From the NCBI RefSeq assembly GCF_036588685.1, contig NC_086373.1, positions 42,904,001-42,968,000 of the forward strand: a stretch of 64,000 bases of DNA. Reading direction: 5' to 3'. Both the position numbers and the translations under genes were made by a program. The stretch comes from Mytilus trossulus (taxonomy: Eukaryota). The notes under the pieces are model-generated. The model made no database searches, was not told the origin of the DNA, and saw only the letters and a list, made by a program, of their open reading frames with translations. Positions 12,125 through 25,944 of this stretch are shown in pieces; the first letter of the stretch is position 1, and every line of letters begins with the position of its first letter.

Positions 12125-15100
12125 CTACTGCATGGGTGCAGTCGGTTGTTCATTTGGCTTAGTTTGATAGGCTGCTTGTTCGTACGATGGAGGACTGAAA
12201 GCAGTATTAGAATATCCCGCCATAGGGGGTTGCTGTGGTGGCTGAACGGTTGGATAAGTTGGCTGACCGGTTGGGTAAGTTGGTTGACCGGCTGGGTAAG
12301 TTGGCTGACCGACTGGGTAAGTAGGATATGTGTACTGTGGTTGATATCCCGGCTGTTGTGGATAGTATGGGGCACTGTAGCCTTGTTGTTGTTGTTGTTG
12401 TTGAGCTGTAAATCAAGCAAGAAAATAATACACTGAATTTTAAAATACTATTGAAAGTCATCGGCATAAATGGATTGTACTTATGTAGCAGTCTTTCTTT
12501 TTTCGCGTACTTTATATTAAGCTGATGTTCTCATTAATTATACGTTTTCAGTTTACATATAAGTGAAGCCTTTTGAGTCTCCTTTGGGTGTCATTTGAGC
12601 TTGTAATATTTCAACGTTCCTCTTACAATTTATTAATTAGAACATGTTTTCAAAATATTTAATGAAGCAAGTTGAAACTGCATACATTTGCATATTGACG
12701 TATTCTCTATATCGACTTTATCTTTTGTAGACTATATATGTCTCCTTTCGAGTTTTATTTTTTATACCGTTGCATGGTAGAATAAAAGTAATGTGATCTG
12801 AATCTGATGGCACATAGTTAACTAGACATCAAATACTTGTACCGAATTTGTTAAGAGGATTTCATAATAAATACTACATGACCATTGCTAAATGTGTGTG
12901 GTCGTAAAATTTAAAGTATACTTATTCCTTATTAGTTAATATTTGTGACTTGGATGGAGAGTTGTCTGATTGGCACTCATATCACATCTTTTTATATCTA
13001 TTTTCAAATAAACTTACATGTAGTCACTGTAGACACTGCTTGGTTATTTACAATTGTTGACCCCGCGTAAGCTTGACGTCTATTACAGTATCTACACAAG
13101 CAAACTATGACCACAATACATATTATGAGGCTGATTCCCCCTCCGACCGCTGATCCAGCTACTCGTGTGGAGCTCCTGCAATATTGTTCACATTTATCTA
13201 ATGTTCCTCCTATTTTTAACTTGTTATATTAACAGAGATAGGGTTCATCCCTCTCCCCCTTTTTCCCATTTTGTTTTACTTGAAAAAAGGGAAATCAGAA
13301 TTCAAAGGTGTCATAACCTACTTGGATTTGAATTATAAAAAAATAAAATAAAAAATAGTTCTATACACGAACTATACAATTGCCCTCTGCTTATAATTTA
13401 TAAGAAAAATATAGAGTATAGAAATTATGAAGAAAGTATACTGTTCTTCGTCGGCATTTTCTTTAATCAATCAGAAAATTTTATTTGTTGAGCTCGATCC
13501 GGCAATACAGTTGACTTTATTTTTTTCGTATGCATGGTAACGAAAAATTCCCTTAAATAGAACTGTATCATCTGCATACATAAGAAAATATAAATAGAAA
13601 AAATAAAAAAAGAAGATGTGGTATGATTGCCAATGAGACAACTATCCACAAAAGACCAAAATGACACAAACATTAACAATTATAGGTCACCGTACGGCCT
13701 TCACCAATGAGCAGAGCCCATACCGCATATAGTCAGCTATAAAAGGCCCCGATAAGACAATGTAAAACAATTCAAGCGAGAAAACTAACGGCCTTATTTA
13801 TGTAAAAAAATGAACGAAAAACAAATATGTAACACATAAACAAACGACAACCACTGAATTACAGGCTCCTGACTTGGGTCAGGCACATACATAAATAATG
13901 TGGCGGGGTTAAACTTGTTAGCGGGATCCCAACCCTCCCCCTAACCTAGGACAGTGGTATAACAGTACAACATAAGAACGAACTATAAAAACAGTTGAAA
14001 AAGACTTAACACATCAGATAGACAAAAAATAAAAGTGAACGTGGCCGGGTACTTATACATCCCGACACAAAAAGACACAATGAACAGATCTGAGAGTACT
14101 TGCAGTTATCTGACAGCTAGTTCAAAGCCTTTAACAACTAATAACAAAATCATGCCTCTAAGACTAAGCAATTAATCCGTACACATCCAACATACAATGG
14201 ATTTAGTGTAAAGACGTCATAAACAGCCAGAGAAAAAACATGACCTTGTGCAATGCCAAGTTACAGGTATCGGCAGATTGTACATCCATGAAAATGTATA
14301 TGTATATAACATACTAGTAATATTTAGTTAGCTTTTAATCTACTTATAACAAAGTCAATATGTATACCAATAAAAACAACATTCAATGATCTTATCACAA
14401 TGTTAAATAGGTAACCTTTAAGAATAAGTTTATTTAAAGGAGCGACAAGTTTACATGGATCATTTCTAAATTTCCGGGCACGGTTAACAACATTTCCGTA
14501 AAAATGAGGATGTTCTATCCCGTTTGAAATAAGTTTTCAACAGATACAACCAAACTTCAAAACCAAATCTTTATATCTATGGAAACATTTAGTAATTTAT
14601 GGTAACGATATCCCTGGTTTAATAATTTACTAGTAATGGAAAATTAACAATAAGGAACGAAAAAATCGTCTCTTTTGTGGAAAATTTTAGTGTGTAGTTT
14701 CCCGTTTAAAACCGAAATATCTAAATCCTGGAAAGGACAGTTTTTCCGAATACATTTGATTTATTTAAAGTAAGTTCCTTGGAGTAAATTTCAGCAGTAT
14801 GTTGAGAAAATTCTTGATTATTTAAGGAAAAATATCATCAAGATAACGGTAAGTGTTGTTGAATTTAACAATTAAATGCAATTTCGACGGGTCTTTACTG
14901 AGTTTAGTCATACACTGTGATTCGTAACAGTACAAACACAAGTCTGCTATTAAAGGGTCACAATTAGTGCCCATGGGGATACCTACAACCTGTCGATAAA
15001 CTTTGTTGCCGAAAAGTACGTAAATATTATCAAGGAAAACATTAACAGCCTTAATCATCTCATCACACCTCCAGTAAGTATATCTTGCAAATTTACCTTT

Positions 15101-18100
15101 CTCATTAGAGAAGAAGGCTTTAAATGAGTTGCAGCAAATATATCTACATTCAGCTTTACCAAACGACCATTTAATTAAATAGGAACACTTTTGTTTAATA
15201 AGATACTGTGGAAGTGTAGTGTAAAGAGTAGAAAAATCAAAACTTTTAACAGAATCAAAAGGACCATCAAAAGCCCGCAATTTATCTAAAACATCCAAAG
15301 AATTTTGTACACTCCAAAAATGGTTTATACCACTATGTTCATATATTTTATTACAATAATTTATGATAAACTCTTTAATAGTAGTTAATGAACTAGTTAA
15401 GAGCACTGACAGATTAGTTGTAGAACACTTACTAGAGGCCGAGATGAAACGATATTTAAATGTTTTTTTGTGTAGTTTAGGTAGCAAATACATAGTAGGG
15501 ACCTTCAAATGTTCAGAAGAAGCCTTAAGCTTTGATGTGGTTGTGATATGCTTGTTTACTATATGACTCACTGTGGAGCAGATGGACTTAAATGTAGATG
15601 AATTTAAAATTTCATTCTTAAGAACGTCCGTGTAGTATTTACGTCATACCACAACCACATTGTTGGCTGCGTAGATCATATTTAGCTCATATGACCGACA
15701 ACCTTGACTTATGAATTAATTTCTAAAGTGATTTTAAAATTATATACAAAGATTATAAACTTGAGGCTCTTAAAAGCCTGTGTCGCTCACCTTGGTGTAT
15801 GTGCACATTAAACAAAGGAAACAGATGTATTTATGACAAAATTGTGTTTTGGTGATGGTGATTTGTTTGTAGATTATACTTTACTGATCATTCTTGCTAC
15901 TTACAATTTTCTCTATCTGTAATAAACTTGGCCCTTTAGTTATAGAGGAAAATATTTTGTAAAAACTTACCAAAATTTACCAAATTTATGAAAATTGTTA
16001 AAAATTTACTAAAAAGGGCAATAACTCATTAAGGGGTCAACTGACCATCTTGGTCATGTTGACCTTTTTGCAGTTCTTTATTTGCTGAACATTCTTGCTG
16101 TTTACAGTTTATCTCTATCTATAATAGTACTCAAGATAATAATCAAAAACAGATAAATTTCTTTAAAAATTACCAATTGGGGGCAGCAACCCAACAACCA
16201 GTTGTCCAATTCATCTGAAAATTTCAGGGCAGATAGATATTTACTAAATAAACAAGTTTACCCCTTGTTTAATTTGCTATAAATGCTTTGGTTTCAGAGT
16301 TATAAGCCAAAATCTACATTTTACTACTATGTTCTATTTTTAGCTATGGCGGCCATCTTGGTTGGTTTGCCGGGTCATCGCACACATTTTTTTTAACTAG
16401 ATACCCTTATAATGGTCGTAGCTAAGTTTGGTTAAATTTGGTCAAGTTGTTTCAGAGGAGAAGATTTTTGTAAAAGATTACAAAATTTACGAAAAATTGG
16501 TAAAAAATGGCTATTAAGGGCAATAACTCCTTAAGAGGTCAACTGACCATTTTGATCATGCTGACTTATTTGTAGATCTTATTTTGCTGAACATTATTGC
16601 TGTTTACAGTTTATCTCTAACTATAATAATTTCAAGAAAATAAGCGAAAACGGACAAAATTTCCTTAAAATTACCAATGCATGGTCAGCAACCCAACAAC
16701 GGATTGTCCGATTCATCTGAAAATGTCAGGGCAGATAGAGCTTGACCTGATAACAATTTTACGCATTGTCAGATTTGTTCTAAATGCTTTGGTTTTTGAG
16801 TTATAAGCCAAAAACTGCATTTCCCCCCTATGTTCTATTTTTAGCTGTGGCAGCCATCTTGATTGGTTGGCCGGGTCACGCCACACATTTTTTAAACTAG
16901 TTACCCTAATGATGATTGTGGCCAAGTTTGGTTTAATTTGGCTCAGTAGTTTCAGAGGAGATGATTTTTGTAAAAGCTAACGACGGACGAAGACGACGAC
17001 GACGGACATCGACGACGACGGACGACGGACGCCAATTGATGAGAAAAGGAGATAATGATTCTCCTTGCACCAATCCATCATTTCTTTGGAAGAAATTTTA
17101 GAAATGTCCTTCAAGTTTCACACAACATATAATTTGGGCATACATAGATTCAATAACTGGTTTTTATTTTACAGTTAATAAGTTTCCACTTATACCGCAT
17201 CTGATTAAACTTAACCACATTTGAAATGGGATACACTATCAAATGCATTTTTATAATCTATGAAACAGCAATAAAATCGTTTTCTAATACGCATAGACTT
17301 AGCAATTAGACAATGGAGTGCGAAGATTGCATCGGTTGTTTAATCATAACCTGGTGTAAATCCAAACTGTGAATCGGTTACTTCTTTTGCTTTTTGTTTC
17401 GCTCTTATTGGTGAGCCTGGTGTAAATAATTGATGTAAAAAGTTTCCACACATGGTTTACGAGATAAATACCACGATAGTTGCCAGGGTCGTCTACTGCT
17501 CCTTATTTGTAAACTGGTATTATTGTGCCAGGATTTTTTATTTTGTTGGTTTACGGATCCGCCGACCAGATATTTCCGATTTTGGTAAAAAAAAAAAAAT
17601 GTAGTTTCGTGTTTTTTTTATTTCCGCCGACCCTATAAAATGCATTAGCCATTAAATAAAAAAAATAAATATCGGCTTTATTAAATTTTACCTTCGAACT
17701 GTGTTATTTTCAAAACCTGTCGTTTTGTTTTGTTCTAAAAAAAAGATACAATCTAAATCTAGCCAATCGCTGTTAAGATGAGTTGTATTTTCCGACAATA
17801 GTTTTACGAAACGAAACTTATGTTAATGGTCTGTTACAGTAAGATCGTTTTAATTTTTTTGTCACCATTCCGTAAGATATATAGTTTGACACATTTTATT
17901 ACGCAGTTGTTTACAATGTATGTCATCGTTATAGACGAAACAGATCCTTCTAAACGAGAACGACAGCTAGTAAAGATTACGGAAGTGCCATCCGTACTAT
18001 AGACAGCAGTCCTAATTATCAGTCAAAAGATTAGTATAAGAAAGTTGAAGAAAAACTGAAAGAGATAGAAGTCTATGAACCAGTTAGTATGTTTGATTTA

Positions 18101-21100
18101 GAGCCAGAAGACAGATATGATAGACGAAAGTGGATAACAGACATGAAGTTGACCTTTCCTGTTTCAATTTACACCTATCAACATGGAAACTATATGGGTA
18201 ATCTGAATTTTCTTTGGCGGATACCCGAAGATGAAAATCTTAGAAATGATATGAAACAGTTATCTGCAGTTGAAAAACTCAGAAAAGAAATTCCTATTTA
18301 TTCCTCAAGACAGGTAAGGAAAACATTTATTGACAGGTACACCAGAACAGGACTTAAACCAGCTGTTTTACGGGAGATGTTCAGATTCTTGACAAATGAT
18401 GATACAGCCCCAGAATCTTCCTTACAAGAGAATGTCGACATCAGAGTCATAGTAAGCATAATAGATGCTGACGATCCAGATCTTTTATATGATCTAAGAA
18501 AAAATAATGGTTATCCAAAATGTGGAGATTTGGAGCCTTTTTGGAAAGAGCTGAAATCCTTTCTGAATGAAAAGACAGGTGTACATGAAAGACGCGGAGC
18601 CGACCATGAGTACATGCATTGTGCTATATCCCTATCCGATTTACGTAACCAGATAGCATCATGCTTGACAAACATAGCCCGCATTCCAAGTTTGTCTACA
18701 ATAAGGTACAATTTTTGGCCACCAAGTCCAACTCACAACAATGCAGCAAATTATACTGGGAGGTTTAAGGTCAAATTTGCAGTACAACAAAGACTTCTGC
18801 ATGGCCAACATGAAGACAAATGCTTTGCGACACTTCAATACAGTTTATTTAAAGAAATGGTTGTTAGATGGAAAGGACATGCAAGATTTATTTCCTTAGA
18901 TGATAAAGCCATTGTACCAGTTGGAGAACCTGCTCAGCCATTATCTACTGGAGTGAGACCTCACAACAGATCTTTGACACTTGGGGTTGATCATTAGTTG
19001 CACTCTATCATGATTTTCATGTGTGTGGAATTGTTCCATCTGTGCTTTTTTCTGTTTATATTCCTGATGACAGACAGTTTCTACGAGGGGCCAGTATTTG
19101 TAACTTTAAAAGATAAAATCTTTCAGCCTTCAACAGCTATACGTCATGCTGTTGAATCAGTTGACATACTTCGTAGTCTGACAGGGGACATTAATCTTGA
19201 TGTACACAGATGGCGTTCCAGATCACAGGTCTACATTTTGGTCAGTGCAAAAAGCCTGTATACTGATATTTATTTCTTTAGACTTGGACATGCTGGTCAC
19301 TGCACGCACAGCACCAATGGCTAGCTATGCCAATCCAGCAGAGAGAATAATGAATCTCGCTTTGCAAAATGTAGCCATGGAGAGACCAGACATGATAGAA
19401 GACTATTGAAGAATGATGAAGAGAAACGGCTCAATGACCAAAGTTAGGAACATAGACGAGAAAGAACCAGATTTCAAAATTGCACTATTACAGTCAACAA
19501 AACATGTTATATCAAAACTTGATGACAGATTCAGTATACTGAAGTGGAAGGACAGGAATGTAAACATGCACGAAAGTGCAAATATTGATGATATAGAAGA
19601 CATTGGTCATTTGCTGAGTATTCTTGACCACCTGGATGGAGGCCTCTCAATTGAAAAACAGAAAACAAAAAAAGGATATAGAGAAGTTTAGATGCCTGAA
19701 GAATTTTATAAATCTGCACACCAGAGAAAGACAATACACATACCAAATAAAGAAGTGTGGAAACTGTGCCTATTGCACAATAAATCCCCCTCGTCTATCC
19801 CAAGAGTTGTTTGATAATCTACACTGGCTGCCAGATCCTGTCCCAGTTCAAAAAGATAGTGATGAATACAAGTCTTTTGATGATGTCTATGGAGTAGATT
19901 GTTATCAACGGTACCAGGATTATAAATTAGTACGCCAGACGTGCGTTTCGTCTACACAAGACGCATCAGAGTAGAAACAGATGATTCTGGGAGATCCAGC
20001 TTAGTCAGCAAAAACGTCCCTACATCAGCTGATCTTTGTCACAAAGGAGGTTTTGTAGCAGCAAGAGCGAGATCATTTATTATTTGCAGAGATTGTGGGA
20101 AGAGGAGAGTAGTGTACTCTGGCAAGCGTCTAACTATAGACCAGATGAGATAAATAGAGCGGATACAAGAAGAGTTCATATTTACTTGTGGGGCCCCATT
20201 ATTTCCAGATGGAGTCATGAAAGAGAGTGTTTATGTCAGAGAAGGTCAATCGTGTAACAGTGAATGGAAACTACCTATTATTCAGATGTAATTGGATTGA
20301 ATACACCAGTTTGTTTCTTCTGTGGTGATACTGAGGTGATCACAAACCAAGAAATACAGAACCTCAAACAAGAATATGGAATCGTTCGACCTATATGCGA
20401 CACATACTTCCAGGGTGGAAAGAGACCAGCAATGACGAATGCACTAAAAACCAAACAAGAAAATGAGATAAACATACAATTTTATTTCAAAAACAGTCTT
20501 TAATAAGCACACAAGAAGTGTAAAAACATTGACATTGCATTAATAAAACTGTCAAAGACATTTACATTTGACAATATTAAAATATTGTTTTAAAACATTG
20601 TTTGATGATTTTTTGGGGTCTCCCATGATGGTGGTATACAGAAATCAGTTAATATATATCAGAAGGGTACTATAGTCATTTACCTTAAAAATCAGTAATT
20701 TTTGGGCCTTTTTTTTGACCGACCGACCCGACCTTTTCAGATGAAAAATCCGTAAACCAACAAATTGAAAAAAACATGCCTAATGCTGTTAACCCATATT
20801 TCTGGAAACTCGCCATGACTCAATATACGGTTAAACAGTTTGCAAAATACTGGTTTGATGAAGTTTATGCTCGTTAATATAAAGTTGTTATAATAACTAA
20901 AGGACCAAAAGTTAAAAAAAAATTGTATATGACGTGCTTTTTCTGCTTTGTACAAAAACCAATGCTCGAAATACAATAAAATTTGTTTGCACATGCGAAC
21001 GTTGACTACTGCAGAAAAATGAATTTTACCAATATGGCATGCATTGAATGTATTTTATTTTAGTGCCTGTCTGCCTAAGAACCAGGCAGTGGTGAAAACA

Positions 21101-23474
21101 TGACCAAAACAAAACCACCCAATTTGACATTGATTTCAGTTCATAATATTTAGTTATGCACAAAAATAACCTTCATTTCCATTTTTTGTTCTGGTAATAG
21201 AAGATACAATTTGGTTGAAATGCACTAGAAATTAACGAATAAGGGGACTGGATAACTCTATAATTTGCTATCATCCTAACCAATTTTCTAACCAAGTTAT
21301 TTGATATTACCAGACACACACAAACGAAAGACTAATACTTTTTAAATCTGGATGATGGTTGGTATCAAATAGCATGATTAGGTCGGTGGGTTTTTTCATG
21401 TTTTAATTTTTACCTTAATTGCCTGATTCTTACAAAGACTTGCTTTTTAGAAATATACAATACAAGTGCATTGACTTTACACATCAACGATATAAGGATG
21501 AGGCTTCGAATCCTTATATCGTTGATATGTCAATTCAACGCACTAGTATCGTCTTTATACTACAAAACAAACATTGTTGTTTAATTTGTTAATGTTACTA
21601 TTTGATTTAGATATTGTGAAACTTCCCCTTTTATGAAAAAACATTCTTTCATGAATGCAGGCGGAGAAATGTACAACACAATCGAAAATGTACATTACCT
21701 GTTGAAATGGGCAATCTATGGTGAACGAATTTGTTTGATAATGAAATAAAATATCAAGAATAAGCATTAACATAATAGTTTATAATTTGCAAACTGAAAA
21801 TATTAACAAGTGAAATATGATTTTTTTTCTCTAAAAATTGCAAAAGCAATATTATTAAGTTTGAGTCGTTGTATACATTGTAAACAAGAACAGGTCGAAT
21901 AGGTCGTATTCATAATTAATTATAATTTCGAAAATTTCTATTTAAATATTCATGAGGAAAAGTGATATCAGGTCAGTGACTGTATATGACATAGAACGCA
22001 TTTTTGACTGCTCAAATAGAACGCGTGCAGTATAACTTAAAATACTTTCGAACTCCTAAATGAATCGAAGCACATGCTGTTTCTGACTACAATGTGTGAC
22101 AATTCGCAATTGACATATTTGACATAGATACGACAACGTTCATGTTGGCTTTTCAAAACCCCTTCCTCTAAAATAACACATAGAAAGCAGTGTGCTTGTT
22201 CACAAACATAAAAGAGAGGTTCACAAAAGAGTCTACATTAACGCTCTACACCTATACACACCGGACATAGAAATAACCGTAACTGTCCTAATCAGAATCG
22301 AAATAATTGATGCAAGCTATATATATACTTTATTGTAGTTTGAACATAGATAGGCATTATCGTGATTATTTTTGCCATTATTTTTTAAACATCCACAAAA
22401 TCTTGGTATTTTTTTAAAAGTAACTTACCAGTATGAGTAGTAATAATAACAGTAATAACCACTATATGTGTAGTAGTAGCACACAGCCTTACACTGTATC
22501 ACTGAAAAAATAAACATAATAGCATAAAGATATTTTGAGAGTGAAAGGTACAGATTAAGGCTAGCACTCCAACCTAAAATTGACAAAATAATCTGAAGTA
22601 ATATTCTTTTCTTGTATTTTTTTAACATTGATTTCGTCTCTCTACGCTCTGTTGCAAATGTAGTTTGAATATATATAACCCCTCTAAAAATCTGTCAGAT
22701 CTGTCATGAGAAAAATCTAGAATTATACTTCTCTTTAGTTGTTTTTTGACGGAATCTGTCTTACTTTAGAACCATTTGGACAGTAACATTTTAAGGAAAT
22801 TTCTTATTTTATAAGGAACAATTATATCCTCTTTCTATAGTATGCACCAGTACTTGTAAGAACATGTTTTCTAATCTATTTTCGAAAATTAAATCGATAT
22901 AATTTATTTTGTGACTATATTTATTTAACCACTTTTTAAAATATTTGTTTGTCCATTGAATTAATCTAATATAAAACTGTAAAGAAGATATTGATCATGA
23001 AATTTCTTTTTTAACATAATATTTTGGTAAAATCAAAATTGTATTATTAATACACGTTTGATCAAATAAAAAATAACTAGTCTTAGTCGACGTTTAATGT
23101 GCATGCGTAATTGCTGCAGCTGTGTCAAATTTTAATGATATATCACAAGTACCTATTTCGAAATGGGCCGAAGCATTTTAATCAACTTAATTATGATAAG
23201 GATAATAGAATATAGCATATAGAAGAAAAAAATATTAAAAGATGTATATTTCATGTATTTCATAAAATTGAAATGGTCAGCGTGTTACACTGATGTGGGT
23301 TTGTTTTTTTTATTTTATATGGCGTGTTTTTAATCGACAGTATTATGGTATCTACTACGTATATGTAAGTTTTGTATGTTCATTTGTTCTCACATTTGCC
23401 TTAACATTCATTAAGATTTACCTACCAGAAGCAAAAAAAGTAGATACAAACAACCAAAACTGTAGGCCTTCCAT
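12125..23474 (-). CDS. CYYR1/Shisa-like Cys/Tyr-rich type I membrane protein, paralogue 2 (186 aa)
   Basis: Exons 23426-23474, 22429-22501, 13018-13175 and 12125-12405, GT-AG, phases 1,2,1 (561 nt). Protein: MEGLQFWLFVSTFFASVIQCKAVCYYYTYSGYYCYYYYSYWSSTRVAGSAVGGGISLIICIVVIVCLCRYCNRR...Q7GYSAPYYPQQ...SPPSYEQA...EQPTAPMQ*. Intron 2 is ~9.25 kb and filled with TEs. Confidence 0.85.
13600..15670 (-). mobile_element. Penelope-like element, 5'-truncated RT plus 3' non-coding region
   Basis: ORF 14822-15571 contains YLLPKLHK, SFDFSTLYT, GIPMGTNCDPLIADL and YRYLDDI. A degenerate continuation (CPF.DLDI...KRDDFSF) lies at 14640-14800. Confidence 0.8.
15760..17050 (-). mobile_element. Second copy of the same HINE-like family (~2 repeat units, 5' hairpin missing)
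   Basis: Reverse-complement match to 51760-53997, including the GAC/GGAC microsatellite at ~16980-17030. Confidence 0.8.
17526..20780 (+). mobile_element. Degenerate Zator/TP36-like DNA transposon
   Basis: TIR core TTTGTTGGTTTACGGAT near 17542-17558, with its reverse complement near 20748-20764. Fragmented transposase at ~18000-20460 shows SLDDKAIVPVGEP, HDFH, TDGVPDHR and RTAPMASYANPAERIM, plus C-terminal CxxC motifs. Confidence 0.75.
19899..19968 (-). mobile_element. 70-bp retroposed hammerhead-containing fragment with a 7-bp TSD
   Basis: GAGTAGA at 19892-19898 and 19969-19975. The insert RC is (C)TGATGCGTCTTGTGTAGACGAAACGCACGTCTGGCGTAC...ATCCTGGTACCGTTGATAACAA. Its removal restores transposase YGVETDDSG. 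Confidence 0.75.
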
Positions 23475-23870
23475 TTTGAACAGGAAGTTCTTATTTTGTC
23501 TATTTCACGGCTGTATGATTTTAAAAGGCTGAATTGATTAATAGGTAGAAATTTAAGTACCTGAATTTATCAAATATCACAACAGTACAAGTGCAGTATT
23601 TAATGAATACACATGACATGCAATATGAAACCTATATGACGTGGTATCGTTGCAAATAAAAACTACCCACCGTTTAATGAACAAGGATGTAAACTACTCA
23701 CTGCATGTGTTTACCTGGGGGGAAACATTTATATAAATAAAACAAATGATACAACAAAAATAGCGAAATATTGTTTGTGCATTTCAAAATGATTAGAGTC
23801 TAATAAACCTATCAACAGTTCCAATAACAGATACTCTCATCATAGATACCAGGATTAAAAATTTATATTT

Positions 23871-23914
23871 ACGCCAAACGCACGTTTCGTCTACGACAGA
23901 CTCATCAGTGAAGC
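23871..23914 (-). ncRNA. Minimal type I hammerhead ribozyme, intact core, GUU site
   Basis: RC: GCTTCA-CTGATGA-GTC(TGTCGTA)GAC-GAAA-CGTGCG-TT-TGGCGT. Confidence 0.65.
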
Positions 23915-25944
23915 TCGACTGAAAAATGTTTTTTTTTTAAAGTACGAAGTTGAAGAGCATTGAGGACCATAAATTCCTAAAAGTGTTGCCAAATACATCT
24001 GAGGTAATATATTCCTGAGGTAGAAAAGCTTTGTTTTCAAAAATTCAAAGTTGATTGTTGATTGGTGGCGGTCAGTTGTTATTGGTGGAGGAAGCCGGTA
24101 GAGAGCAACCGACATTCTTTTCGCATCCACAATCTCAGTGTTGACTGGCTAGTGATACAGTAGTTCGAATCCTTATACATGTATAATTTGGCACCAATGA
24201 ACCGACTAGCAGTTGACACTTTTTTTTTACACAGTTAAGTGGCAGGTTTTTCTTGTGGTTTTGGTTACACTTTTTGTCCTTCCTTTTGTTCATTCTGATC
24301 TTCAGTTGTAATAAGACTGCCAGGTTTATCGACTTGGAGTCATATGATTTGTCCTCATTATTTGCAAGTGTTAGGTTTAGATATCATCAACATTCGTTTA
24401 TTATGCAGACAACGCGTCGACATTAAGATGGGTTTATTTTCCCCCTTTTTATCACAGACACTTGTCTCAGAAAAAAAAATTCCTATACACCTTAAAAAAA
24501 ATCCTATATACCTTAGGAATTTTTTTTTCTGAGACGAGTGCCTGTGCTTTTTATGCTGGACGTTAAACATCCATCTATGATGGATGGATGATCATGGATG
24601 GGTGGATGTTTAACGTCAGTGGAATATTGTAGCAAAGCCACCAACGGGCCATCATTGGGTCTCCAATACAGCGAGAAAATCCCTTGTGTTTTGGAAATAA
24701 TTATAATGCTTGTTAATGTAATATGTTATTTGACTCTAATGGCGATACACGTTGGTTTATTTCATCGGATATTCCATTTTTTAAACTCTTAAGAACTTTT
24801 TAGAACGTTATTTATAACTATTTGTTTAATAAAGTTCTAAAGTTCTATATATTCGTCGGTCAAAGAAACCCAAACACATGACTAAAAAATGAAAGACTTT
24901 ATTTGTATTAATGAATATTAACAGCAGTATAGTATAAAACATTATAAAGCCATTTAGATGATATATTTGATATAAAAATATAAACAGCTGGTCACTTTAA
25001 AAGAGGGACGAAATATATCAAATGGACAATCAAACTCATAAATCGAAAATAAACTGACAACGCCATGGCTAAAAATGAAAAAGACAAACAGACAAACAAT
25101 AGTACACATGACACAACATAGAAAACAAAAGATTGCACAACACAAACCCCATATTTAAATGACGTCAAATATTAACTTATTTTTTTGGGAAATTAAAAAA
25201 TACTGTAAAGTTAAAAGTGAAGAATACCTTATTAAGATTCTTTTTATAAAAGGTTGATAAAGGCAGGAAAGATAACTTGAGTGCTAAATTGGAAAAAAGC
25301 ACAAAGACACCGTATATGTATCGCGTATCGTTAATGTACATATAGATACAACTATTAAATACATAAGTAGAGCAGAATAAGTTTCAACTATCCTATCAAA
25401 TATCCGAAATTCAATTTATAGACATTTCGTAGCAGTTTCTTCTCAAGTTACTGGTTTGATGATGGAAGTTTTTAACGACCTTGACTTGCTATACAGCCCT
25501 TGCACGATCGGTCAAATTACTCGTTTAACACTGAGACTATAGGAATATTCACAGAACCAATTTTTTTTAATGGCATAATTCTTGACATACGACAATTTTA
25601 TTCAAAGTATTTGATAATATATGAGAAAAAAAGTATTATTGATCTTCATAAAAAAAAAATCGCATAATTTTACCCCGGATGTACTGCACTTTTATTTCTG
25701 TTTATTTAGACCAACATAATGAGGAACTGAATTTTATGAGAAAAAAAGCAGCTTTACAAAATTACACAGTAAGAGTTATATAGAATGAATCTGAAATCAA
25801 GTTTCATGTTATTTAAAAATTATGTTTTCTGGTTAATCGAGTGATACCTTTACCATTTTTTAAATGAAGTAACATAGTTAGACTTGTTATGCTATTAAAC
25901 ATCCGTTTACATCAATCAAGCTGTTGTACAAAGAGCTTGCGAAT

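Larger units (their letters stand above)
17090..20890 (-). mobile_element. Old LINE RT fragment interrupted by the Zator-like element
   Basis: The minus strand reads KLFNRILSHGEFPEIWVNSI (20781-20890) and resumes IIPVYK*GAVDDPGNYRGI...DSQFGFTPG...FYCCFIDYKNAFD (17525 down to ~17200). Confidence 0.75.
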
